DNA of 64,000 nt from Eledone cirrhosa (Eukaryota), in the NCBI GenBank assembly GCA_964016885.1, contig OZ024742.1:338210001-338274000 (forward strand), in the 5' to 3' direction. This document shows positions 1 to 12,750 of the stretch, one piece after another. The notes below the pieces were generated by a model. It made no database searches, had not been told where the DNA came from, and saw nothing but the letters and a program-made list of their open reading frames with translations. The stretch's first letter is position 1, and each line of letters starts with the position of its first letter. Both the position numbers and the translations under genes were made by a program.

Positions 1-1113
1 AAACTCATTCCGTAATCGCTGGGTCGAATGTGGAACCTGTCACATCTCTGTCTGCCTTCAATGCGCCACAGGCTTCCGGAGGATCCCAGGCCAAAAAAAG
101 AGACATCATAATGCTATGATGGATGGAATCTGGGAGATGGTCCAGCTAAAATCCTGGTCCTTTCAGTGCCTGGCCTGTGTGCCTGCCTCCACTAATGTTA
201 TTGAAAAACAACAACAACAAAACCAATGACTGTATCTTCCTCTACCATTGTTACTGAACAACGGCAAAAACCTATGACACTGGCTTCTACTGCTATTCCT
301 GTGGGAGAACATCAGAAACAACAACAACCCATATCTTCCGCTCCCAGTACATCTCGACACCAACAACCTGCGACTGTGTCTTCCCGTGGAGGAACATCAT
401 CATCACCAACAACAACAACCGACCAGTACAGATTTTGCATAATTGCAACTAATGATTTCTGCTTTAAGAAGGGAAGTAACAGGAATAAAGGCAAGCATTC
501 GGGTAGGACCCCACAATGAGTGGTCTTATCGGAATGCCTTGCTAAAGAATCTCCCTGTACCTCTTGCCGTATCTGGCCACACTGAAAAGACTGCGGAATC
601 TGCTACCCATGAAGTGATTGCCATTGGGGTACCAGAAGACAAGGCTGATCTTCAGGCATTTGCTGCCAGCTCAGCCAAAGACCTAGGCTGTGTTCCTCCA
701 AAGGGTGCTCTCCGCCTTGGTCAACCTGGTCCAAAACCCAGACTCATCAGGCTGTCTTTTTCAGACCCCGCTGAGGCAACCTCATACCATCTGGCCTCTG
801 TTAAAGCTGGGCGTGAAAATCGGATTACCTTCCGAACACGCCCAGGCCTACCACCCCATGTACGTCCAAAGCTCCGTGCTGCAGCTTCCTTGAATCGGAA
901 CTCAGCACAACTTGAAAGTTTTAGTCTGCGTGATGATGGGCAGATCTGGAGGTTTGTCAAGGCTGGTGAAACGTGGAAGAGAGATGCCAGCTGGTCTGAG
1001 TGTGATCTACCCACAATAACTGGCAATGTAAAAACTGCTACAACTCTGAGAAACTAAACCAGAACAACCTGCCACCCTCTACACACCATCATAAACTGCG
1101 AGCAGGGTACAAA

Positions 1114-3893
1114 TTGTTGTCCTTAAATGCTCGCAGTTTATGCAACAAGATACATCTGTTTGAATCCTACGTCAGAAGCATCGACCCTGACTTCACAGTC
1201 ACAGAAACATGGGCACATTCCTTACTCTGTGATGGGGTTTTCAGCATTACTGGGTACAACCTTTTCCGCAAGGACTGCATTAATCGCCGTGGTGGTGGTG
1301 TGATGGTCTACGTTCGTTCAAACTTTTCGGTAATTGCTTGCGTTAATTTGAACGAATCACAGGAAGAAGTTTTTTTCTGTGACATACGTATGACCATGAC
1401 AACACTTCTGCTTGGTGTTATTTATCGCCCCCCAAACTACCATCAGGACACACAGCTTTGCGATATCCTCAGAGTTGCTGCCAAGAAAACAGCCACTTAT
1501 GTGTTTATTGCAGGTGACTTCAATCATCCTGAGATCGATTGGGAAACCTTTCGTTGGCCACAAGGTGCAAACGATTTCCTTGAACTAGTGCTGGACTCAA
1601 ACTGGTCACAAGTAGTCACCTCTCCAACAAGAGGTGACAACACTTTGGACCTGATCTTCACCACTACTACTGAAGTGGTTATCAGTTGTACTACTGAGGA
1701 ACCTCTAGGCGACTCTGATCATGCTATGATCATTACCAATCTGGCACTTGAGGGCAGCAACAAAAACCAGAGCCATCTCCAATCTGCTTGCTTTGATTGG
1801 AAGAGGGCGGATTGGAACTTGTACTGCACTGAGCTACAGCGCCCAAACTGGCATGAGATGTGAACACTATATGGCATGAGATGTGAACACTATATGGCAT
1901 GAGATGTGAACACTATATGTGAACACCAGAGCATCCTGAACTCAATATAGATAGCGTGTGCAGCATCGGTGCCACGTAAACGGAAAAATAACCACCCCAA
2001 AAGTGCAATTTGGGAAACTTCAGCGGTCCGATTTGCCAGGAAAGAATGTCGGAACGCTGAACGGGAATATAAAATGCATAAATCAGATGCCAACAGAAAA
2101 AAGCGGAATAAATCTTCTAACCATCTCTAGCAAGTGACAAAGAAGGCAGTGCTTGAATTTGAACAGTGCATAGCAACCAATCCTGACAGTAAAGTGTTCT
2201 GGAAATATGTTCATTCAAAGCAGAGACCTCACTCTCCAGTTGGTCCTCTTCGCAATCCCCACACAAGCCAGATCATTGACGATCCAAAAGAATGCGCAGA
2301 ACTCATTGCTGAGTGCTATGCAAGTATTTTTACTGTTGAAAACCAGAATGTACCATCTCCACCATCTCTAACATCAAATTCCATAACAACTATGGAATTT
2401 ACACCTGCAATGTTGCGACATCACCTTAAGAATAAGCGCAACTATGCCTCCCCTGGTCTTGATGGTGTGACATACCTGCTTCTCAAACGTGGCGGGTATT
2501 TCCTTTTGCGCCAGCTTTCTTTCTTCTTTCAATACTGTCTCAGCAATGGTGCTACTCCAGAGCAGTGGAAAACTGCCAGTGTCATTCCCCTGTTCAAAAA
2601 GGGCAACCGCATGTCACCTGTCAACTATTGTCCAGTCAGTCTTACTAGCTGTATGGCCAAACTGATGGAATCCTGTGTCAGAGAAACACTTTGGAACTTC
2701 TGGAGCTCTCACAGTTTGGATTTATCCCTAACTCCAGTTGCTGTGATCAGCTTATCGAGTTCATTGAAGACATCACCCGGATCACTGACAGCGGCTCATG
2801 GGTGGATGTTGTTTACCTTGACTTTGCTAAGGCTTTTAATTCTGTGCCACACAAAAGACTTATGGCAAAACTCTCTGCAATGGGTGTGAGGGATGATCTT
2901 TTCGACTGGTTGAAATCCTTCATTCTCAGCCGAAAAGAAGTAGTCACGGTTCTAGGACAGCATTCTTCACCATATGAGATGTCATCTGGTGTACCACAGG
3001 GATCTGTTCTTGGTCCCCTTTTGTTTGTGGCATATATTAATGACATAGATGCCAACTTACAGAATGCCACGGTACTGAAATATGCAGATGACATCAAACT
3101 GTACCTTGAAATCAAAAGGACTGATCCTGAAATTTACAACTCTTTCCTACAATCAGACCTGGACACAATGCAGCAATGGATCACAGACTGGCAACTGAAG
3201 CTGGCTGTGGACAAGTGTACCACCATGCATTTTGGAAGGAAAAATCCAGCGTCCACATACTCCCTCCACAACACTGATATCAAGAAGTCCTCTTGTGAAC
3301 GTGACCTGGGCATTACTGTCAGCAGCGATTTGCGTTGGACAAAGCATGTCTCTAAGATTGTCAAGAAGGCCGAGGGTGTCTTGGCATCACTCAGCAAGAC
3401 CTTTGTTAGCCGCTCTCCAGCCATCTATTTAAAACTGTATACAGCTATGGTACGACCACACTTGGAATTCGCATCATCAGTCTGGAACCCCTATCTTGCT
3501 CAGAACATTGACCTCCTGGAAACTGTTCAGAGACGTGCAACCAAGCGCATACCCTCCATCAGACACCTACCATACTCTGAACGCCTTGCTTCCCTGGGCA
3601 TGGATTCATTGAAGCTCCGACGTCTGGCAATGGACTTGGTGAATACCCACAAAGTTATTAACCATCTCGCCAATTGCAACCCTGAGCACCTTTTTGATCT
3701 CTATGTGTCTAACACACGTGGACATGCCTACAAAATCAGAAAACAGCACAGCTCCCATGACTTTCGTAGACATTTTTTCACGCTCAGAGTTGCTGAAGCA
3801 TGGAACAAACTGCCTGCGTCTGTTGTTAGCTGCCGAGACACTGCATCCTTTAAGACACTCATGCTTCCCGAAATACGCCAAAACTACACCTGA
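1114..3893 (+). pseudogene. CR1 ORF2 (APE endonuclease-reverse transcriptase), broken into ORFs 1114-1863, 2134-2889 and 2691-3893
   Basis: Canonical APE and RT motifs in consecutive frames, interrupted by a tandem repeat, a stop and a frameshift. Confidence 0.9.
1849..1917 (+). repeat. 3 x 23-bp tandem repeat TGGCATGAGATGTGAACACTATA interrupting CR1 ORF2
   Basis: Three exact units read directly; the stop at 1861-1863 lies in the first unit. Confidence 0.9.
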
Positions 3894-4060
3894 TGTACCC
3901 CTTCCATACACATGCACACATGTGTGTATCATGACTCGTGCACTGTTCATTTTACTGATGTTTGTGCATTGCCCTATGCACTGTACATGCACTTTTTGAT
4001 GAGTTGTGGTGCACCTGGGCACTGTACACAATATTTCATTATTGTTATTATTATTATTAT

Positions 4061-4339
4061 TATATTTATTTCATTATACATATTTCAAGGACACCAAGTT
4101 AAATTATGGTGTGCTTTCATCAGATAAAATATAATATAGATCAGTTTTATAAATAAATATTGACATACCCTTAAAGAATGCAACCATTGCTATCTGGGAG
4201 CTTCCAACAGCAATGGTTGCATTCTTTAAGGGTATGTCAATATTTATTTATAAAACTGAGCTATATTATATTTTATCTGATGAAAGCACACCATAATTTA
4301 ACTTGGTGTCCTTGAAATATGTATAATGAAATAAATATA
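4061..4339. repeat. Near-perfect palindrome (about 131-bp arms, about 17-nt loop); foldback/MITE-like
   Basis: 4061-4191 is the reverse complement of 4209-4339 with about one mismatch. Confidence 0.9.
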
Positions 4340-5360
4340 GTTTCCATTTGTTAATATCGTATATATATATATATATATATATAAGGCGTTGTCATGTTGA
4401 AAAGAGCAGTGGCCTTTGACCCAGCAGTAAAAACTGGAGACAAAAATTCTCTCTGAAGCAAAAATAAGGCACGCACACACAATTTTATGTGTGCATCTAT
4501 CTATGTATATATATATATATACATACATATATATATAAGGGATACAGATATTATTTGTTCAGTGTCACCAAGCATCTCAATTACTTCGTTGCAACTAAGT
4601 TTGTGATCGAGGTACTTTATTTTGCAAGATACTATTTTTACCTTGAGTTTGTGATTCCAGAAAAAGGTAAGAAATTCTTCAGATTTTGCATCTTTGGTAT
4701 TTTGACTTTACGGTTTGAATTGTAGAATTGTCTATCTACTCAAAATATTGCAACAGCTAACAGTCTTTGAGAACATTCACGTCTATTTTTCAAAAATATA
4801 TAATTTGAAAAAGTTTGCTTTTGTTTTGGACTGAGATTTTTTTGTATTTAATTTGTACGAGTACTTTTTAAAGATTCTAACATAATTTGCTTTGGTCCAG
4901 TAATCTACTGATATCAAAATCAGTAGTATATTGAAAAATGGAAAAATAAGGGGGGGGGGGGGATTTTGAGGGGCAAAAATGGGTTGAGAACCTGTGATTT
5001 AGATCTACATAAATTCTTATTTCTACCTATACCTTCTTTCCTTTCTTCCATTCCCATTCATGTCTACTTATTTCTATCACTAATCTGTTTTCTTTCTTGA
5101 TAGAAGTGATAGTTCATTATTTATTTTTAGTTTGTAGTTAAACATGTTACATAAAAGAACTTTTAGTTAATTTAAAGAAAATGAGAGACCATTTCGTTGG
5201 TATCCCCAGGTCAGACTGTGTGTATATTTATTATATGTGACATATTCCTATTTCTGACTTACTATGTGTATATATTTCCAGTATCTTACTTACTATATAT
5301 TTATTGTGTATATATTTCCTATATCAGTCATACTGTCATATATATTCCTATATCTGACTT

Positions 5361-8300
5361 AAAGGTCGCTCTAACGAGGTTGTAGAAATGCTTGAGCGTA
5401 AGGAGGTTGATGTTTGCTGTATCCAAGAGACCAGGTGGAGGGGTGGGTCTGCTAGATTCATTGTAGGTAAAAAACGATGCTATAAGCTTTTCTGGGTGGG
5501 AAATGACAATGGGCTGGGTGGGGTAGGAATCATGTTAGCAGAAAAATGGGTAGATAAGATAATAGACGTGATAATAGTGAACGACAAAATAATTAAAATA
5601 AGATTTGTCCTAAATAGAACTACTGTGACAGTAAAATCCTGACTGCCTGGCGTTATAAAAGACAGATTCTATGAGACATTGATGCTCACCACCTCCCAAA
5701 TAACCGACAGTGACTACATAATTATTGCTGGCGACCTAAATGGTCACGTTGGACAACATTGTGATGGCTATGATGGAATCCATGGAGGCTATGGGTTTGG
5801 TACTAGAAATGAGGAAGGCTCCAGAATCCTGGAATTCTGTGAAGCAAATAACCTAACTATCTGTAACACTAACTTCAAAAAACGAGACAATCACTTGATC
5901 ACTTATAGATCAGGGGAATACGCCAGTCAGATAGATTATATCCTTACCAGAAGACGTGATAGAGTGTCTGTTGTAAACACTAAATCCCTCCCCCATGAAG
6001 AATGCACCTCCCAACATAGACTCACAGTCAGTGACCTCATAGTCAGGACAAGACGTACTCGACAACAGAGGAGGACTATCCCCAGGAGAAAAATATGGAA
6101 GCTAAAGGACCCCACAACCAGCAATAAATTTAAAAGCATATTACTTGATGCTTTTGACAGTAAGGAAGAGCAATTAGAGTCGTACAATATAGAGGAACAG
6201 TGGGAATTCCTGAAAGCTAACCTGCTGAAGGCGGCAGTTGAAGTCTGTGGCTGGAGCAGACCTATAGGCAGGAGGAGTGTAACGTGGTGGTGGAACAGTA
6301 AAGTGGAGGAGTCAATTAAGGCCAAAAAGCAGGCTTGGAAAGTATGGCGGGATGGGGGAAGTAGAGAAGTCTATCAGGTGGCCAGGAGGGAAGCTAGGAG
6401 ACAAGTGTACTTCGCAAGAAGGGAAGCAGAGGAAAGAAAGTTCAAGCATGTTCTGCAATGCGAGGACCAAAAACGTGAGGTGTGTAGGATTGCTAGGCAA
6501 TGTGTCAAGGAAAACCGTGATATTGTCGGGGAGAAGTGTGTCCTTAATGATGATGGTGTACTTGCCATCACTGACGGTGATAAGAAGGTAGCTTGGAAGT
6601 GTCACTACGAAAGGCTACTAAATGAGGAGACTAAATGGGAGAAAGACAGTCTCCCCACATCGATCCAATAGAGGGACCAGCAGTGCAAGTTGAAGGTAGT
6701 ATAATAAGTAAGGCAATATGAAGACGGGTAAGGCGGCTGGGCCTTCGGAAACAGTTGCTGAAATGCTGAAAGCATCTGGAACGGTGGGACACACTATGGT
6801 CTCCCACATAGTAGACCAAGTCATACAGAATGGGGTCGTTCCGAAGGACTGGCGTAGCAGCATCATCATTAACTGCTACAAGGGTAAAGGAGATGCTCTA
6901 GATAGGGGTAACTATAGAGGCATTAAATTAATCGACCAAGTCATGAAGGTCACAGAAAAAGTAATAGCGCAACTAATCACAGAACGAATTGATCTAGATG
7001 AAATGCAGTTCGGGTTTGTGTCAGGTAAAAGTACTAGAGATGCTCTTTTCATTGTACGACAACTACAGGAGAAGTACCTAGCTAAAAGTAAACCCCTATA
7101 CTTAGCTTTTGTTGACTTGGAGAAAGCCTTTGATAGAGTCTCCCGCTCCATTATCTGGTGGGCTCTTAGAAAACTAGGTGTTGATGAATGGCTTGTGAGA
7201 CCTATACAAGCTATGTATAAAGAAACAGTCAGCAAGGTTAGAATTAACAACGAATATAGTGAAGAGTTTAGCGTAAAAGTTGGTGTTCAGTTGGGGCTCC
7301 GTTCTTAGCCCCCTACTATTTATTATTGCTCTTCAGGCTATAACAGAGGAGTTCAAGACCGGCTGCCCATGGGAACTCCTATTCGCAGATGATCTAATGC
7401 TCATAGCTGAATCAATGGCTAAACTAGAGAAGAAATTCCAAACATGGAAGCATGGCCTAGAATCAGAAGGCCTTAAAATTAACCTGTCTAAGACTAAAGT
7501 TCTAGTTTGTAGGAAGGGAAATAGGGCACTGGTCCCATCTGGGAAATGGCCATGCTCAGTGTGTAGGAAAGGAGTAGGCAGAAACTCCATTTTATGTCCC
7601 AAATGCAAAGTATGGGTGCATAAAAGATGTAGTGAGATCACAGGTAAGCTAACTAAGAATATAGATTTTATATGTGGCCGGTGCTCTGGTGCAATAAGTA
7701 GCAGCAAGTGCCCACAGAATACTAGCTCATTCCATTGCACAGATGGTTCTATGCCTGCATACGAACATCAATGTTACATGGCAGTGAAACTTGGACATTG
7801 TGTGCAGAGGATATACGCAGACTGGAGAGGAACGAAGCTTGCATACTCCGCTGGATGTGTAATAGTAATATACGTGAACGGCAAAGCATAAATGAACTAA
7901 GGGAGAAATTAGGAATAAGAGGGATCAGATGTTGTTTACTCGAGAGAAGACTACGTTGGTACGGTCACGTGATGCGCATGAAAGGCGACAGCTGTATAAA
8001 AAACTGCAGGGAGATAAAAATAGACAGTAGCCATGGAGTAAACAGACCCAGAAAAACCTGGGATGACTTCATAAATTCTGACCTCACACACTTACACCTC
8101 TCCAAGACAATGTCACTGGACCGAGATCTTTGGCGCTACACAGTCATACAGAAGACCCGCCTTACCTAAGTACAAAGCGAAACCTACAGTCAGTAGGCAC
8201 CTCTCACAAAATACACCCCCGTCCAACTACCCCCACCCCATCCACACCACCCCCTTAAATGTGAAGTTATGTTGGTACCACAACATCCAGTCCGAAATAA

Positions 8301-8550
8301 ATGAGGTTGTATAGGTGTCACAACAAAAAAACACAGTCCACGCTGTAATGTGGCCGCGTAGGTAAAAACCTCCCAGTCCACACTGTAAACGTGGTTGGTG
8401 TTAGCAAGGGCATCCAGCCGTAGAAAACCTGCCACACAGTCCTATACGAGGAAGACAACCAATCTTGCCTCAAGTGGGAAAATTCCCGTCCAAACCCATG
8501 CAAGCGTGGAAGATGGACGTTAAACGATGATGATGATGATGATGATGATG
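5361..8550 (+). mobile_element. RTE-clade LINE, slightly 5'-truncated and disrupted, in the intron upstream of ZNF copy 1
   Basis: APE (CIQETRW, GDLNGHVG, QIDYIL), RT (FVDLEKAFDRV, GSVLSPLLF, FADD) and C-terminal RRLRWYGHV. The 3' UTR ends GGACGTTAAAC(GAT)n. TGACTTA occurs at both junctions and may be a short TSD. Confidence 0.92.
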
Positions 8551-8623
8551 ACTTATGTATATATTACACTGACTGTAGTCAAGACACTTTTCTCTAATGA
8601 CTTATAATGTGTCAACTGAAAAT

Positions 8624-8863
8624 TTCAAGGCATATTATGCACATAAAAAAAATACATTTTCTGGATCCCCCAGGGCCCGCATTAGGTGAAAACCTGTATT
8701 TTTCCTGCTTCATTGAGGAAAATCTTAAAGATTATCCCGCCATCAGAGTATTCGGTTTATTTTCTTTACATATTGTCCAGGTATGCAGTTTTTCCACGAT
8801 TAGGTCTTGGTGGCCCACGTTCCAAAATACCTTATCCAGTGCAACGCAGGGTACCACTGCTAG
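8624..8863 (+). mobile_element. Helitron 3'-terminal fragment between ~70-bp direct repeats
   Basis: Ends in CCAGTGCAACGCAGGGTACCACTG-CTAG followed by T. The flanks 8553-8623 and 8864-8936 are direct repeats. Confidence 0.6.
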
Positions 8864-9113
8864 TTATGTATATATTACCATGACTGTAGTCAAGACACTT
8901 TTCTCTAATGACTTATAATGTGTCAACAGTGAAAATATCCCTAATATTTTATTCTCTCTTTATATATTTCAGATTATCTGAAACTGTTTCTTTACAACTG
9001 AAACATCTTCAGACTTTCACAAAGATAACAGTTGAAGAAAATATAGTCTTGAAAATATTTCATGAAAAATTCAAGAAGAAAAGTAATTTTCTGGTTTGTA
9101 AAGAATATTTGAA

Positions 9114-11432
9114 ATGATGGAGAAAAAAGCATACCATTGTGTTACCTGTGGTCAATCTTTCCATTCTAATTCTTCTTTACGAAGCCATAAACATATTCAC
9201 AATGGTAGAAGACAATTCCGTTGTGATATCTGTGGTAAAATATGTCCTAGTAATTCTTCTTTAACTATACACAAACGTAGTCACACTGGAGAAAAACCAT
9301 ACCATTGTGAGATCTGTGAGAAAACTTTCTATGATAATTCTGCTTTAACTACGCACAAACGTATTCACACTGGAGAAAAACCATACCGTTGTGAAATCTG
9401 TGGTAAAGCTTTCTCTCAGAAAATTAATTTATTAACTCATTCTCGTAGTCACACAGGAGAAAAACCATACCACTGTGATATCTGTGGTAAAACATTTTCC
9501 GTTAAATATTATATAACTGAACACAAACGTATTCATACAGGAGAGAGACCATACCATTGTGATATTTGTGGTAAAACATTTTCTACAAAGTATCAATTAT
9601 ATGCACACAAGCGTACCCACACAGGAGAACGCCCATTTGAATGCGATATTTGTGGTAAAACATTTTCTAAAAAATACACTTTAACGTACCATAAACATAT
9701 TCATACAGGAGAAAAACCATACAAATGTGATACATGTGGTAAGAGTTTTGCACTGAGTCAGTATTTATCTAACCACAAACTTACACATACAGGAGAGAAG
9801 CCATACCACTGTGATATTTGCGGCAAGACATTCCGTCTAAAAAGACAGTTAACTCAACACAAACGTGTTCACACAGGCGAGAAGCCACACCACTGTGATA
9901 TCTGTGGTAAAGCCTTCAGACTTTCTGGTCATTTAACTCTACACAAACGTACTCACACTGGTGAGAAACCATTTCGTTGTGATATCTGTGGTAAGTCATC
10001 CACAAATAGTTCTGGTTTAGCCAAACACAAACTTGTTCATACTGGAGATAAACCATATCCTTGTGATATCTGTGGGAAAAATCTTTCTAGTAATAGACAT
10101 TTAACCAGACACAAACGTATTCACACAGGAGAGAAGCCATACCATTGTGATATCTGTGGTAAAACATTCACTGACTCGAGTTCTGTTTCATCTCATAAAC
10201 GTATTCATACTGGACAAAGACGATATCCTTGCAATATCTGTGGTAAAATATTAACAACTGGTAATTCTTTATCTAACCACCAAAATATTCACACAGGAGA
10301 GAAGCCACACCAATGCGATATCTGTGGTAAAGCATTTTCTCAAAATGGTAATTTATTGAGGCATAAACGTCTTCACACAGGAGAAAAACCACATCACTGT
10401 GATATCTGTAGTAAGACCTTCTCTGATAGTGCTTCCTTGAAAATACACACCCGTTCTCACACAGGAGAAAAGCCATACCGGTGTGATATCTGTGGTAAAT
10501 CATTCTCTCAAAACAGTCATTTGTTGAACCATAAACGTATTCACACAGGAGAGAAACCATATCACTGTGATATCTGTGGTAAGTCATTCTCAACTATTGC
10601 TTCTTTAGCCCAACACAAAACTATTCATATTGGAGATAAACCATACCCTTGTGATATCTGTGGTAAATACTATTCTACTAATATTATTTTAACTAGACAC
10701 AAACTTATTCACACAGGAGAGAAGCCATATCATTGTGTTATATGTGGTAAAACGTTCTGTGACCCGAGTTCTCTCTCATCTCATAAACATACTCATACTG
10801 GACATACTAGAGAAAAACATCATTGTAATATCTGTGGTAAAACATTCACAGCTAGTCATACTTTATCTGAACACAAAACTATTCACACAGGAGAGAAGCC
10901 ACACCAATGTGATATCTGTGGTAAAGTATTTTCTCGAAACAGTAGTTTGTCGACACATAAACGTCTTCACACAGGAAAGAAACCGTACCATTGTGACTTC
11001 TGTCGTAAGACCTTTTCTTACAGTAGCACTTTGATACAACACATCCGTTCTCACACAGGAGAGAAACCATGCCAGTGTGATATCTGTGGTAAATCATTCT
11101 CTCAAAGTAGTGATTCATTGAACCATAAATGTAGTCACTCAGGAGAGAAACCATATCACTGTGATATCTGTGGTAAGTCATTCTCGTATAGTTCTTCATT
11201 AGCCAAACACAAACCTATTCATACAGGAGATAAACCATACCCTTGTGATATCTGTGATAAAACATTCACTCACCTGAGTACTCTTTCATCTCATAAACAT
11301 ATTCATGCTGGACACACTAAAGGAAGACAATATCATTGTAATATCTGTGATAAATCATTCTCTCAAAATAGTCATTTATTAAACCATAAACGTATTCACA
11401 AAGGTAATAAACCTAAAAAGACACTGAACTGA
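9114..11432 (+). CDS. C2H2 zinc-finger protein, 772 aa, 27 tandem fingers, no recognisable effector domain (copy 1, intact)
   Basis: Uninterrupted ORF of CxxC-x12-HxxxH units with TGEKP linkers. There is an in-frame stop at 9099 upstream of the ATG, a splice acceptor TTTCAG ending at 8972, and AATAAA at 11437. Confidence 0.95.
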   Translation: MMEKKAYHCVTCGQSFHSNSSLRSHKHIHNGRRQFRCDICGKICPSNSSLTIHKRSHTGEKPYHCEICEKTFYDNSALTTHKRIHTGEKPYRCEICGKAFSQKINLLTHSRSHTGEKPYHCDICGKTFSVKYYITEHKRIHTGERPYHCDICGKTFSTKYQLYAHKRTHTGERPFECDICGKTFSKKYTLTYHKHIHTGEKPYKCDTCGKSFALSQYLSNHKLTHTGEKPYHCDICGKTFRLKRQLTQHKRVHTGEKPHHCDICGKAFRLSGHLTLHKRTHTGEKPFRCDICGKSSTNSSGLAKHKLVHTGDKPYPCDICGKNLSSNRHLTRHKRIHTGEKPYHCDICGKTFTDSSSVSSHKRIHTGQRRYPCNICGKILTTGNSLSNHQNIHTGEKPHQCDICGKAFSQNGNLLRHKRLHTGEKPHHCDICSKTFSDSASLKIHTRSHTGEKPYRCDICGKSFSQNSHLLNHKRIHTGEKPYHCDICGKSFSTIASLAQHKTIHIGDKPYPCDICGKYYSTNIILTRHKLIHTGEKPYHCVICGKTFCDPSSLSSHKHTHTGHTREKHHCNICGKTFTASHTLSEHKTIHTGEKPHQCDICGKVFSRNSSLSTHKRLHTGKKPYHCDFCRKTFSYSSTLIQHIRSHTGEKPCQCDICGKSFSQSSDSLNHKCSHSGEKPYHCDICGKSFSYSSSLAKHKPIHTGDKPYPCDICDKTFTHLSTLSSHKHIHAGHTKGRQYHCNICDKSFSQNSHLLNHKRIHKGNKPKKTLN

Positions 11433-11814
11433 GAGGAATAAAGTCAACACACTCCAAACTCTGTCACAGACATGTTTTCACTCCTGTCTGCTTTTTCTAC
11501 CACAACTCCAGTGGCCTCTGTTCCTCATAGGTGGCTACTTTTGTAACAACTCTACTGAAGTTCTCCTAACCTACTTAAGTCACATGACACTTCCTACATT
11601 GCCTGCCAACACTAACTACTTACATTGTATAATCATCATCATTTTCCATTGACGGTTCTATGCTGGCATGGGTTGGATGGGACTTTTTGAGGCAATGTTT
11701 TACAGCTACCAATCTTTCAGTCACTTCCTATGGCATGCGGGTATATGGACTACATATTCTAAACCGGATACACTAATTTTGTCACTGTCGTGTAATGTTT
11801 TTTAATTATTTTGA

Positions 11815-12750
11815 ATAAAAACCACCTGATCGCCTATAGATCCAGGGAGCATTCTAGTCAGATAGATTTTATCCTTACCAGAGGACGTGATAAATGAATG
11901 TTTGTAAACATGAAAGCCTTCCCTGGTGAAGAATGTGCCTCCCAACAGAATCTAGTAGTCAACGACCTCATTGTCAGAGCTAGACAAATTTGGAAACAGA
12001 AGACAACATGGAGAAGAAAGGTCTGGAAGCTGAAAGAGCCATAACCACGTGTATTGTAAATGAAGAAATACTAGATGGTGTCGTACTGAATGATAGGTGC
12101 AGCAGCATCATTGTCAACTGCTACAAGTGTAAAGGAGACGTACTAGATAGAGGCATCAAGCTGATGAACCAGGTCTTGAAAGTAATAGAGAGAGTTATTG
12201 CACAACTGATTAGGGACTGGGTAAATCTAGACGAGATGCAATTTGGATTTGTACCAGGCAAAAGCATCACAGATGCTCTCTGCTTTGTGAGGCAGTTACA
12301 GGAAAAGTACCAAGCTAAGAGTAAGCTGCTCTACCTGGCATTTGTCAACCTGGAAAAAGCCTTCAACAGAGTGACCTGTGCCGTAATCTGGTGGGTCCTT
12401 AGAAAACTAGGAGTAGATGAGTTACTTGTGAAGGCAGTACAAGCCATGTATAGGGGAGCAGTTAGCAAAGTTAGGATTAACACTGAGTTTAGTGAGAAAT
12501 TTGGCGTACAGGATGGCGTCCATCAGAGCTCTGTTCTTAGCCCTTTCCCTTTTATCACTGTACCAGGGGAGTTTAAGACAGGCAGCCCATGGGAACTCCT
12601 GTATGTGGATGATCTTACAGACAGCAGAATCTATGGTGGAACTAGAGAAGAAATTCGGAACATGGAAGCAGGGCCTAGAAAGAAGGGGCCTTAAAGTCTA
12701 CCTGACAAAGACCTTTTGCTACCTGGGCGACCAAATTAGCAGCGGAGGTG
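11815..12750 (+). mobile_element. Degraded RTE-clade LINE fragments
   Basis: SQIDFILTR, CYKCKGD, FVNLEKAFNRV and LLYVDD; homologous to 5361-8550. Confidence 0.85.

Larger units (their letters stand above)
1..4060 (+). mobile_element. CR1-clade LINE, near full length, 5' end outside the window, disrupted
   Basis: ORF1 remnant with PHD-like Cys pattern (WVECGTCHISVCLQCA...FQCLAC, about 20-180). ORF2 has an APE endonuclease (LNARSL, TETW, GDFN, SDH) and an RT (YLDFAKAF, GVPQGSVLGP, YADD, NTRGH). The 3' UTR ends in (TTA)n at about 4040-4060. Confidence 0.92.

Noticed and set aside
1849-1930. CRISPR-like short repeats (also considered at 27850-28035)
   Set aside because: Adjacent tandem units with no unique spacers, no cas genes and a eukaryotic context.
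8908-9117. 69-aa ORF overlapping the ZNF start (ATGA), open in all three copies
   Set aside because: Its ATG lies upstream of the splice acceptor, and joining the putative exon 2 in the needed phase brings a stop but no ATG. High paralog identity explains the conservation.
10273-11199. Antisense and alternate-frame ORFs over the ZNF gene
   Set aside because: Shadow frames of the 84-bp finger repeat.
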